Assembly (NCBI GenBank): GCA_963796095.1
Contig: CAWCKL010000013.1
Span: 55,028-119,027 of the forward strand
Origin: an uncultured Acidobacteriota bacterium
GTDB lineage: Bacteria; Acidobacteriota; Terriglobia; Terriglobales; Acidobacteriaceae
DNA: 64,000 nucleotides
Reading direction: 5' to 3'
A program made the position numbers and the translations under genes. Below are positions 47,411-56,458 of the stretch, piece after piece (the stretch's first letter is position 1; every line of letters starts with the position of its first letter). The notes beneath the pieces are model-generated. The model was not told the DNA's origin. It searched no databases and saw only the letters and a program-made list of their open reading frames with translations.

Positions 47411-47710
47411 TCATCCCCCCGTTGCTGGGTCAATGAGTGCAATCGCGATATTACAACAGGCGTCATGTACCATGTACCTCCGGCGCACCACGCAGCATGA
47501 AAATAGCGAGCTACTCATAGGACTTTGATTTCTCGTGGGCAGACTCCCCATTGTCATGACAGTTACCTATTCGTTAAGCTCTAAGAGCAAGAACAAGGCC
47601 GCGATTTGCCTGGATCACTGCCGATTTGCCGAGCACCCGGGATTTACTTAGTGTTCTCTTGCTATTGCCACACCCATGGCCGGTCGCGACGGCTTGTTTT
47701 GCGATGATCG

Positions 47711-50700
47711 CTAAAAGAGAAACTTCAGAGCCACCTGGATTACGCGCGGGCTGACATCCGACTGGATTTGCCCGAAAGTCGGCGATTCAATGTCGCTGAC
47801 GGGCAAGCGGAAATTAGTATGATTCAGCACATTGAACAATTCGCCGCGGAATTGAAGTTGTTTTGATTCCGTCAGAGGAATGTTCTTGAACGCTGAGAAG
47901 TCCCAGTTCACGTATCCCGGGCCTTCGACAGCGTTGCGGCCTTCGTCTCCGAATACCTCGAACCGGCCTTGAGGATCCGTCTGGAGTTGCTGGAACGCGC
48001 TTACGTTGAACCATTCCTGCGGCGTGCGCGGGCCAGAGTTTGGGTTTCCAATCACATTCGGCCGGTTGGCGGAGAAGCCGGTGATTTCCGGCGCCTGCCC
48101 CTGCAGTGAAACATCGTTGGAATCGAATACCGTGAACGGCGTGCCGCTCATAGCTGTGAAGATCCCGTTCAACTGCCAGTTACCGAGAACCTTGCCGTAC
48201 CAGTTACTCGAATGTTGCCAGAAAGGCAGGCTCCATTGATAACTCAACACCAGGCGATTGCGAGCATCGAACATGGAGGGGCCGCGTTCGGCCGCGAGAT
48301 CGAAAGGATTCTGTGCCAGATCGTTTTCTCCCGCTACGGGCTGCGAGGCTGAGCCGGTAATGTTGAAGGAAGATACGTCATCGATGGAATGCGACCAGGT
48401 GTAGGAGGCAAGGAAGGAGAGCCCATGACTGAAGCGCTTTCGCAAGCTGGCTTCCAAGGCGTTGTAGCTGGAATTCGCGATACTCGCGATTTCGCCGATT
48501 GAGCTGTAGATGCAATTATTAGGCTGCGCCAAGGTGCATCCGGAATAGAGTCGCCGCTGGTTTACATTATTTTCGTTCGATATAGGATTGCCGCTGGCGT
48601 CGACGCCTGGAATAAAAGCGGGCGGATTCCCTTCAATGAATCGCGGCAGTCTCACTCCGGTGGTGCCCACGTATCCGATCTGAAACAGCCAGTCCGCGCC
48701 GAAGGACCGTTGAATATTCAGATTCCAATCCTGCGCATAGGGAAGATGTAGATTGCGCGAGACCACGAGGAGCGTCATCGGCTCCGGAAAAGCCTGACTA
48801 AAAGGATTCGGGCTATAAAACGGATTGGCAAATGAGTTGACGGGAAAGCTTATTTGCTGAGTCTTGAGGTAGGGAGGCGCGCTCACCGGATCCTGCAGAG
48901 GCCCACCCTCACCCGTGTAGTAAGGCTCGTAGAAAATTCCGTAGGCCGCGCTGACCACCGTCTTGCCGTCGCCACGCGGATCCCAGGCAAATCCTACTCG
49001 CGGAGCAAAGGCCGTCGTCTGGGTTGGAATCAAACCCGCAGGCACGCCCGGATCGCCAGGATAGAGAAGTCCGGCCGGAGCGTTGGGAACGACCTTCGAT
49101 TGCGCTCCGGGGACGAAGAGATTAACCCGGTTGTGATTCTCGGTGGAGGGGAAGGGCAGCTCATAACGAAGTCCGAGGTTCAAGGTAAGGTTCGATGTGA
49201 CCTTGTAGTTATCCTGGGCGTACGCATCTAGAGCCCGGTCACGGATTTCACGACTGAAATCGCCCCCGCCCTGTAGAAAGACCACGGGATTGCCTGAAAG
49301 GAAGCTGGCAAACCCGTCGCTGTAGGGGAAATTGGAGAAGACAAAAAAACCATTGGTGGCGATACCCTGCAAAGCATTGATCTGGTCGCGCCGGTAGCCT
49401 CCGCCAAATTTAAAGTCGTGACGGCCATGGATCCAGCTTAGAGAGCCGGAGTAGCTAAACGTGTTCTGATACGTGTTGCGCGGTCCGGTGATGGGATCGC
49501 CAACCGAGGCGTAGCCTCCGACTTGGATAAACGGTGGTCCTGCGGCGGACGCGAGTGTGGGATCGTATTGAAAACCTAAATCCGACGGCGACTCGTGATT
49601 CAGGTGCTGGTCGAGCAGGAACTTATTGCGGAGATACGAAAAGCGCGCGACCGCGATAGTCGTTGGCGAGAAGACGTGGGTTTCTTGCGCAAGAAAGTTC
49701 TGCGCGCGATCATCCTGGCCCACGGGAAAACCAGGGACATTGGCGCCCACCGGCGAAAGAGGATCCGTCGTCGGGCCACTACTGTACATGTAGCGGAAAT
49801 TCAGAGTGTCAGCATGCGAAAGATAGTGATCGAGGCGCACGCCGAATTGGTCGTTATTCTGGCTTAGGGTCTGGGTGGCGATGAACCCGTTTTCCCCAAC
49901 GTTCGGCAACGGGAAGAATGGCAAGACATTCTTCGCAGTCGGATCAATGGGTGTGAAAAGATTCATTTGGTTAAACGGCACCGGCGTTCCAAAGAATGTA
50001 AGTTGCTCTTGGGCATTGTTGCAGAGTCCGCTCGAACCAAAGCCAGCCGTGCACTGCTCCGCGAAGTTGCCCTGTCTCTCCGCTAGCGAGGGCACGGTTG
50101 CGGGCACGGTTTCTCCCTGCCGGTTGCGGAAGCCTTCGTAATATCCGAAGAAGAAAGTCTTGTCCTTAATGATCGGGCCACCGAAGGTACCGCCGAACTG
50201 ATTCTGCTTCAACGGCTGAACGCTCCGAGTGAAGTAGTCGGACGCATCCATCGCATCGTTGCGCAGAAACTCCCACGCCGCGCCGTGAAATGAATTGCCT
50301 CCTGCCCTCGTTACGATATTCGTCGTAGAGCCAGTATTGCGACCGAACTCCGCGTTCGCGTTATGGGTAAGGATTTTGAATTCGGCGATCGCGTCGATCG
50401 GTGGCTTGAGAACATACCCGGCGTCCACAGCGTTAACATTGTCGGCACCGTCGATCAGAAAATTATTCGACTCCGGCCGCTGCCCGTTCACGGCATAAGC
50501 CTGGCCCTGTCGGGCTGGCCCCCCGGCTTCGAGAAGCCCGGGAGTCAAGGGTACAACGCCCGGTTGAAGCAATCCCAGCTGAGAAAAGTTGCGGCCATCC
50601 AGGGGAAGGTCGAGAATCTCGTGCTCCATCACGGTTTCCCCAAGACTACTGACTGTACTCTGCACCAGGGCCGCGTCCGCTGTCACTTCAACTTGCTGCG

Positions 50701-51076
50701 TCTCCGCCCCAACCTTGAGGTGAATGCTGACAGTCGCAGTCTCGTTGACATCCAATGAGATTCCTTGCTGCAGGTACTTCTGGAAACCTCGCGCGTGGAC
50801 CTCTACCTGATAATGTCCGATCGGGAGTTCTGCCAGTTCGTACGCTCCCTGACGATCCGTAACCGCGGCACGAGTCAACCCGGTTTCGATATGCTTTGCA
50901 ATGACCGTAGCTGCCTGGACAACTGCGCCGCTCGGATCCAGCACAGTTCCACGAATGCTTCCTGTGATTTGTTGTGCTCCAACATTCAAACTTACGACGT
51001 TTAAACCTGCGGCGAACGCCACCAGCACAAACGCTAGCTTTCTCAGGCCAATCACGTATTTCCCCTTTTTCCTCAC
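47711..51076 (-). CDS. TonB-dependent receptor with N-terminal carboxypeptidase-regulatory-like domain
   Basis: Signal peptide. ITGSIRGTVLDPSGAVVQAATV...GAYELAELPIGHYQVEVHARGF (CarboxypepD_reg), a plug region, a long beta-barrel, and a terminal ...VALKFLF with aromatic last residue. 1121 aa. Confidence 0.9.
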   Translation of the reverse strand: MRKKGKYVIGLRKLAFVLVAFAAGLNVVSLNVGAQQITGSIRGTVLDPSGAVVQAATVIAKHIETGLTRAAVTDRQGAYELAELPIGHYQVEVHARGFQKYLQQGISLDVNETATVSIHLKVGAETQQVEVTADAALVQSTVSSLGETVMEHEILDLPLDGRNFSQLGLLQPGVVPLTPGLLEAGGPARQGQAYAVNGQRPESNNFLIDGADNVNAVDAGYVLKPPIDAIAEFKILTHNANAEFGRNTGSTTNIVTRAGGNSFHGAAWEFLRNDAMDASDYFTRSVQPLKQNQFGGTFGGPIIKDKTFFFGYYEGFRNRQGETVPATVPSLAERQGNFAEQCTAGFGSSGLCNNAQEQLTFFGTPVPFNQMNLFTPIDPTAKNVLPFFPLPNVGENGFIATQTLSQNNDQFGVRLDHYLSHADTLNFRYMYSSGPTTDPLSPVGANVPGFPVGQDDRAQNFLAQETHVFSPTTIAVARFSYLRNKFLLDQHLNHESPSDLGFQYDPTLASAAGPPFIQVGGYASVGDPITGPRNTYQNTFSYSGSLSWIHGRHDFKFGGGYRRDQINALQGIATNGFFVFSNFPYSDGFASFLSGNPVVFLQGGGDFSREIRDRALDAYAQDNYKVTSNLTLNLGLRYELPFPSTENHNRVNLFVPGAQSKVVPNAPAGLLYPGDPGVPAGLIPTQTTAFAPRVGFAWDPRGDGKTVVSAAYGIFYEPYYTGEGGPLQDPVSAPPYLKTQQISFPVNSFANPFYSPNPFSQAFPEPMTLLVVSRNLHLPYAQDWNLNIQRSFGADWLFQIGYVGTTGVRLPRFIEGNPPAFIPGVDASGNPISNENNVNQRRLYSGCTLAQPNNCIYSSIGEIASIANSSYNALEASLRKRFSHGLSFLASYTWSHSIDDVSSFNITGSASQPVAGENDLAQNPFDLAAERGPSMFDARNRLVLSYQWSLPFWQHSSNWYGKVLGNWQLNGIFTAMSGTPFTVFDSNDVSLQGQAPEITGFSANRPNVIGNPNSGPRTPQEWFNVSAFQQLQTDPQGRFEVFGDEGRNAVEGPGYVNWDFSAFKNIPLTESKQLQFRGELFNVLNHTNFRLPVSDIESPTFGQIQSDVSPRVIQVALKFLF

Positions 51077-51578
51077 GGATCGCTATTGATTTTGAGATAA
51101 AGACATCCTTCCCAAGTGAACATGCAGTTCACTGAGAAATCTCACCCACGGAGTGCGGCGATTATAGGGACGCTCAGCGGCGGGTCAATAATGCGAAAAC
51201 AGTATTTGCTTCGATCAGGGTGTGAAGAGAGCGGGAATCGCAGTGTTTCTAAATCATGCGCCGCGACTCTCCTCGGCCAATTTGTCGCCCAAATTGAGAG
51301 TGGCAGCGCCCAACACGTGATCCTGCCCGAGTTACGCGCGCGAACACAAAGTAACAGTGTCGGACGAAAACTGGCTTTATAACAAAATGGACGGGGTAGC
51401 TGACGAAACCAGGCCATAACGCAAGTTTGCGCCGTCTGTTCGCCCCTCTGCGATTGAGGTTTTGAGTGTAATGGCGATTTGTACGAAGCCGCTGGCGCGG
51501 CGGACGCTACCGCGTGTTCGAGGATCGGCAGTTGTGGAGGGGTTGAGATAAATTGGGTCACGGAAAAAAGGAGGTCCC

Positions 51579-51894
51579 CGTGACCCAACTACGCAAGAAG
51601 ATGCTGGAGGAACTCCGGCGTCGCAACGCGGACACATACTGACTGACCGCGGCAGGAGCAAACTTCTTCGCTTCGAACAGATGAGCCTGATACTGCCGAA
51701 TTTGCTCGGGCCCAAGCTTGTCAGGTGGCTGGTGAAAATACTCCGCTAAATCGCGGACGATGCGAACGTAGGTTCTTGCCGTACGATGGGTGCATCTCTC
51801 GCCCAAGCATCTGCAGGCCATCCCCAATCCGCTCGATGCGCTGCAAAGTCTCCAGCCTCGACGGCATCCAACGTTCTCGGAGACTGAAGGAAAA
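51579..51894 (+). pseudogene. scrambled tyrosine-recombinase (IS91-associated integrase) remnant
   Basis: AAGGAGG SD then GTG at 51579 gives VTQLRKKMLEELRRRN. The next part of the SAM-like N-domain (TARTYVRIVRDLAEYFHQPPDKLGPEQIRQYQAHLFEAKKFAPAAVSQYVSALR) is encoded on the opposite strand at about 51621-51782. Only VHLSPKHLQAIPNPLDAL of the catalytic C-terminus follows on the + strand. Confidence 0.5.
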
Positions 51895-53085
51895 ATGACT
51901 CCGCCCCTCCTCGAGGTGGCCGATATTGTTCGCGCCCAAGGCGATCGCTTCCTTCAGCACCACTTCCGCTGGATCCACTGGGCCCACCGGAAAGTGCTGC
52001 GCGCCATCGCTCGCTGCCGCACCGCGGCACTCGGTGGGCATCGTGATAAGTGCCCTCGCTGTGGCTATCGCACCACCTCTTATAACAGTTGCCGTGATCG
52101 CCATTGCCCCAAGTGCCAGAGCGGCGCTCGCGATAAGTGGATTATGGCTCGGCACAACGAACTTCTGCCGGTTGCCTATGTCCATGTGGTCTTCACTCTC
52201 CCTCACCAACTCTCCCCACTGGCGCTGCAGAACAAGAAGGTCCTCTATGACCTCTTGTTCCGCGCCAGTGCCGAGACCCTACAGGAGGTCGCCCGAGATC
52301 CTCGCCACTTGGGGGCCGACATTGGCTTCCTTTCTGTCTTGCATACCTGGGGACAGAACTTGCTGGCACATCCGCACGTCCACTGTGTCGTTCCATCCGG
52401 AGGTCTCTCGCCCGACGGTGCCCGGTGGATCCATCCCCGCTACCCCTTCTTCCTGCCCGTCCACGTACTCAGTCGCGTCTTCCGCGGCAAGTTCGTCGCC
52501 GGTCTAAAGCGCCGATTCCAGCAACGCCAACTCACCTTCGCCGGATCTCTTCAACCCCTGGCCAACGACAAGGCCTTCCGCTCCTTCTTGCGCCCCTTGT
52601 TCCGCCAGAACTGGGTCGTCTACGCCAAGCCCCCTTTCGGCGGTCCCCATCATGTGCTCGGCTATCTCGCTCGCTATACCCATCGCGTAGCCATCACCAA
52701 CCATCGCCTCGTGGCTTTCGAGCATGACCAGGTTACTTTTCGCTGGAAGGATTATGCCCACGGAAATAAGAAGAGAATGATGACGCTCGGTTCGCAAGAG
52801 TTCCTGCGCCGCTTCCTGCTCCACGTCCTGCCTCGCGGCTTTGTCCGCATCCGCTCTTTCGGCTTCCTGGCCAATCGGCGGCGCGCCACTCTCCTACCCC
52901 TCTGTCAGCGCCTACTCGCCGACCAGCCCATGCCGCACCCCTCTGCAGCCACTCCTTCTTCCCCCACCCAGCCCACTGGTTTCCGCTGTCCAAAATGTTC
53001 CACTCCCATGGTCATCGTCGAACGACTTTCTGTACTGACGGCTGGGCAACTCACCCCCAGGAGCACGCTCCTTGACTCTTCCTAA
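51895..53085 (+). CDS. IS91-family (HUH Y2) transposase
   Basis: Zn-binding N-terminus CRTAALGGHRDKCPRCGYRTTSYNSCRDRHCPKCQ. HUH region LLAHPHVHCVVPSGG. YLARYTHRVAITNHRL tyrosine region. Start at the ATG at 51895. Confidence 0.85.
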   Translation: MTPPLLEVADIVRAQGDRFLQHHFRWIHWAHRKVLRAIARCRTAALGGHRDKCPRCGYRTTSYNSCRDRHCPKCQSGARDKWIMARHNELLPVAYVHVVFTLPHQLSPLALQNKKVLYDLLFRASAETLQEVARDPRHLGADIGFLSVLHTWGQNLLAHPHVHCVVPSGGLSPDGARWIHPRYPFFLPVHVLSRVFRGKFVAGLKRRFQQRQLTFAGSLQPLANDKAFRSFLRPLFRQNWVVYAKPPFGGPHHVLGYLARYTHRVAITNHRLVAFEHDQVTFRWKDYAHGNKKRMMTLGSQEFLRRFLLHVLPRGFVRIRSFGFLANRRRATLLPLCQRLLADQPMPHPSAATPSSPTQPTGFRCPKCSTPMVIVERLSVLTAGQLTPRSTLLDSS

Positions 53086-53344
53086 TCAACCAACCATGCC
53101 GCTCTCCACCGCGCCAGCTTCCGCTCCGCCAGCCGTGGTGTCTCTACTCACTACTATCCGCTTCCATCCCGCCCTAACTTCCCTAAATCATCCTCACCTT
53201 ATCGTCGCTTTGCCGCTATCGAAGCTGCTACCGACTCGCCTCGCCAACCCGTTCAACCCTCCAGTTCGACGAACAAATCGCGAATCGCCCATGCAAAACC
53301 CATAGCTCCACCGCGTCCGCCGCGCCAGCGGCTTCGTACAAATC

Positions 53345-53422
53345 CCCCTATCGCAAGTGCGCCGGCGTGATGCTTCATCGCCTCACGCGAAGGTTCCGCG
53401 CCGGCGCACTTGTCGATAGGGG
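53345..53422. repeat. long hairpin (23-bp arms) abutting the IS91 right repeat and the hydrolase 3' end
   Basis: CCCCTATCGCAAGTGCGCCGGCG (53345-53367) pairs with CGCCGGCGCACTTGtCGATAGGGG (53399-53422), with one extra T. Confidence 0.6.
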
Positions 53423-53441
53423 ACTAAGATTTTGCAACATT

Positions 53442-54024
53442 TTACCGCAAGCTGGCCGAGAAAACTCGCATTTCGCGTAGTACGTCGTCTGGATTCGACA
53501 GGAATACGTAATGGTCGCCGCCCCACAGCTCCACCACACGCGCTCCGCCAGCGGCGCGATTGACTCTGACGATCCGATGCCGCGTCATGCCCACGTACAT
53601 CCCGTAGATCGCCTCAACGATGGTGCGCTCGCCCTCATCGGTGACATGGTACTCCTGCATTTGTTCGTCGGGAGTCTTCGGAAATCCGACGAGAGCGACC
53701 ACCGGCACGCGAATCTGCGAGTAGTCGTGCTTCTCTCGGCCTGCCATCATCGCTGTGGGCACATCTTCCGGCGTCTTGTATGCGCCGACACTTCCATCGT
53801 GATTCTCAGCGAACTCGGTGCGCAGTTCGGACTCGGGAAATGCGACTTGCCCATCGGAGGCAGAAGGTGAGGGCGCATTCTGCATGGCTTTGGGTAGGTT
53901 GCGACAGAGCGCAATGTATTCCGTGTAGTCATCCGTGGCGTCATTGAGTGCATCGAGGTAAACGAGTCCACCAATTCGATCATAATGATGAATCCCCAGT
54001 TGGGACAACTCATCCCCTGCAATG
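53442..54024 (-). pseudogene. alpha/beta hydrolase, C-terminal part (interrupted by IS)
   Basis: Reads IAGDE LSQLGIHHYDRIGGLVYLDA...VELWGGDHYVF (catalytic His region). Continues the GHSIAGDE nucleophile motif found at 55887-55910. Confidence 0.75.
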
Positions 54025-54290
54025 TGTCAAGCGACATTAGAAATGTCCCCTTGCTTGCGACATTAGAAATGTCCCCTTTCTCGTAGTGTAACGAGCAAGG
54101 TCGGCTGCTGTTCTCTCGATTCTTAAACTAAATGGCTTTGCCAGGTGAAACAGAAGCGGGCACTGCGGGGACGCAACCATGCTGAGGGATAACCTGGCGG
54201 GGCTCATCGAGCCGATCATGGGCAGCACGGGAACAATCACTTCTCGCGCTGCCGCAATCCTACAAGATTTCATCGTGCACGTTACAAAGC

Positions 54291-54370
54291 ATCGGACGAT
54301 AGACCCCGCATGCCTGGAAAATCCCCGCCCCGAAGGGGCGGAATCTGGAGAACATCGCTTCGCCATTTTC
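54291..54370. repeat. about 80-nt repeat unit, copy 1 (inside the IS)
   Basis: CATCGGACGATAGACCCC...GAAAATCCCCGCCCCgaaGGGGCGGAATCT...GGAGAACATCGCTTCGCCATTT. Shares the 18-mer, the hairpin and the tail with 56368-56458. Confidence 0.6.
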
Positions 54371-54468
54371 GTCTCAAGCCCAAATACTTTTTTTCGGAAG
54401 TAAAGATCGTGACCCCTTTCTCGTAGTACAGAAAACGGTCCGCGTGCCCGCGTCTGGAACTGAGCCCG

Positions 54469-55791
54469 TTAGGGCGAAGTGGAAGACGCGGCTACGCGGA
54501 TGGCGTCTGCCAACGGCCTCCCGGTTGTGCCCCCGAGAGCCATCTTGCGGTCGTGATGGCGCCAGGGATGATCAGCCTTGGGAGTGACTGTCTTATTTCT
54601 CCGGGGTGCAGCCTGCACCGGCTTTACTTGCCGAGCTGGAATAGGCGCCGGGATCTGGTCCCACGCCACCGCCCGGCCGCGATAGCGAATCTCTAATTTC
54701 CCGTTCTCCCATTCGCACACCATGACTTTGGCCTTGGCCGGCGCATACCACCGGGATTGAGGTTTTACCTGGAAATAGCGGTTATCGTGCCGCACCACCC
54801 AGTCGTTGCCGATCACTCGCCCCGTCTCCAGGTGAAAGGCATCGTTCAGCTCCGCGGCCCGCGGAGTCGGCCGATGATAGTCCTCGGGCTGGGCCGGAAC
54901 TCGCGTGAATCGCCGATTATGTTCTGGCAAGTACTCTTTCTCCAGAAACCTATTGGCCTCTGCATGCGTCCGGATTTTCTTGCGACGCATCTTCTTCACC
55001 AGGCGGTCTTGGTGGGTGCCGTGGTTTCGTTCCACCCGGCCTTTCGCCTGCGGCGAATTGGCCGCGATAATGCGAATTCCCAAACTCTGGCACATCCGCC
55101 CAAATTGAGTCACCGGCACCACTCCTTCCAACTGCTCCTTGCCGCTCGCTTCTCGTAGGTACACGTTCTTCCAATCCGTATACAGCGCCACCGGGATGCC
55201 GTGCTCTTCGATCCACGCCCGCAATACTCCCGCCGCAGCCCAGATCATCTCCTCACTCCCCATGCGAGCTAAGGTTGCACTGCTGGCGTCGTCCACCATG
55301 TTCATCAAACAACCTTTCGGACCCCGTCCCTCGTACCAATCGTGAAAACTTCCATCCATTTGTACCAGCTCACCTACATGCTCTTTCCGCTCTCGTCGCT
55401 GGCGATGCACTCGTTGCTTCCGTGCCGGGCTCCACAACCCTGCCGCTAACATCCAGCGTCGCAGGGTCTGCGCATTCACCTCCACATCATCCTCACTGGC
55501 CAAATGCTCAGCCGCTAACGTCGGCCCGAATCGCTCCCCTTCCTCCCCGGAATATTTCTTGCCGATTAAGCGCAACACCCGTTCCCGAAATTTCTTGGCC
55601 TTCTTTCGGTTCGACTCCCGTCCCACGCTACGATGCTTCAGCCCTTCCGCTCCCTCTTCTCGATACCGCTGTCCCAATCGCTTACTCTGGCGATAACTCA
55701 CTCCCATCATCACCGCCGCATTGACCAGCTTTAGCTCGCCGCTTTCTACCCGCGCCAATATGCCCGCCCGCCGCAACTCCTTACCGCTCAT
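54469..55791 (-). CDS. ISNCY-like DDE (rve-type) transposase
   Basis: MSGKELRRAGILARVESGELKLVNAAVMMGVSYRQSKRLGQRYREEGAEGLKHRSVGRESNRK HTH N-terminus. VQMDGS, LYTDWKN and AKGRVERNHGTHQDRL integrase-core motifs. Long C-terminal extension. Confidence 0.8.
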   Translation of the reverse strand: MSGKELRRAGILARVESGELKLVNAAVMMGVSYRQSKRLGQRYREEGAEGLKHRSVGRESNRKKAKKFRERVLRLIGKKYSGEEGERFGPTLAAEHLASEDDVEVNAQTLRRWMLAAGLWSPARKQRVHRQRRERKEHVGELVQMDGSFHDWYEGRGPKGCLMNMVDDASSATLARMGSEEMIWAAAGVLRAWIEEHGIPVALYTDWKNVYLREASGKEQLEGVVPVTQFGRMCQSLGIRIIAANSPQAKGRVERNHGTHQDRLVKKMRRKKIRTHAEANRFLEKEYLPEHNRRFTRVPAQPEDYHRPTPRAAELNDAFHLETGRVIGNDWVVRHDNRYFQVKPQSRWYAPAKAKVMVCEWENGKLEIRYRGRAVAWDQIPAPIPARQVKPVQAAPRRNKTVTPKADHPWRHHDRKMALGGTTGRPLADAIRVAASSTSP

Positions 55792-55886
55792 CGCTGCCCT
55801 TTCCAATCTGGCCTCCTGTGGAGGCCTTCAGATTAGGGGACATTTCTAATGTCGCCGCAGGGGGACATTATCAAAGTCGCGCGACA

Positions 55887-56313
55887 CTCATCCCCTGCAA
55901 TGGAGTGACCCGCCATTACAGGCTTTACCAGTTTGAGTGCATCGAGAACGCGCAGATCATCTTCTGCTCGACTGCTGTTCTGAGTAACCGGATGGCGTGC
56001 GGCTGGACGCACCATAGCCCCGTCGCGTGATTCCGTAAACGTGATAGGACTCTGCCAATTTCTCAGCGAAGCCGTCGAAAACGTGCGCCGTTGTTCCGAG
56101 TCCTGCTAACAGTACGACAGGCCGTCCCGAACCGCCCCAATCGAGTACCTCTAACCGCACACCGTCATCCACTGTGACGAACTGGATGTTGTGTTTCGAT
56201 AGGTCGTGCCAGCCCTGAGCGCATCCGGGCGCGAGAACCATTAAAACTGGAATAAGCGAATGAACTAAGCAACTCGCCATCCGCGCAACAACCCGCCATA
56301 GCTTGACTTTCAT
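55887..56313 (-). pseudogene. alpha/beta hydrolase, N-terminal part (IS-interrupted and frameshifted near 55980)
   Basis: [34 protein letters not shown] signal. [32 protein letters not shown], then a shift of frame to [31 protein letters not shown] (GxSxG). Confidence 0.75.
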
Positions 56314-56367
56314 ATGGCCACTCCAATGTATTTGTGTCACTCGCGCTGGCTACGCGCGGCAACGAGT

Positions 56368-56458
56368 CATCGGACGATAGACCCCAAAATGCCTTGAAAA
56401 TCCCCGCCCCGTCAGGGCGGAATCTTTGCACCAAAGGAGAACGTCGCTCCTCCATTTC
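56368..56458. repeat. about 90-nt repeat unit, copy 2 (upstream of the hydrolase start)
   Basis: CATCGGACGATAGACCCC...GAAAATCCCCGCCCCgtcaGGGCGGAATCT, a 9-nt insertion, then GGAGAACGTCGCTCCTCCATTT. Confidence 0.6.

Larger units (their letters stand above)
51473..53347 (+). mobile_element. IS91-like element bounded by 35-bp inverted repeats
   Basis: The reverse complement of GGCGATTTGTACGAAGCCGCTGGCGCGGCGGACGC (51473-51507) matches GCGTCCGCCGCGCCAGCGGCTTCGTACAAATCCCC (53313-53347) at 34/35 positions. Encloses an integrase remnant and an IS91-family transposase. Confidence 0.7.
54025..55886 (-). mobile_element. ISNCY/IS1202-like insertion sequence (1862 bp) with 16-bp target duplication
   Basis: Direct repeat CTCATCCCCTGCAATG at 54009-54024 and 55887-55902. 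About 55-nt terminal IRs (TGTCAAGCGACATTAGAAATGTCCCCTTGCTTGCGACATTAGAAATGTCCCC versus the rc right end TGTCGCGCGACTTTGATAATGTCCCCCTGCGGCGACATTAGAAATGTCCCC), each holding two copies of a 20-mer. Confidence 0.8.
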
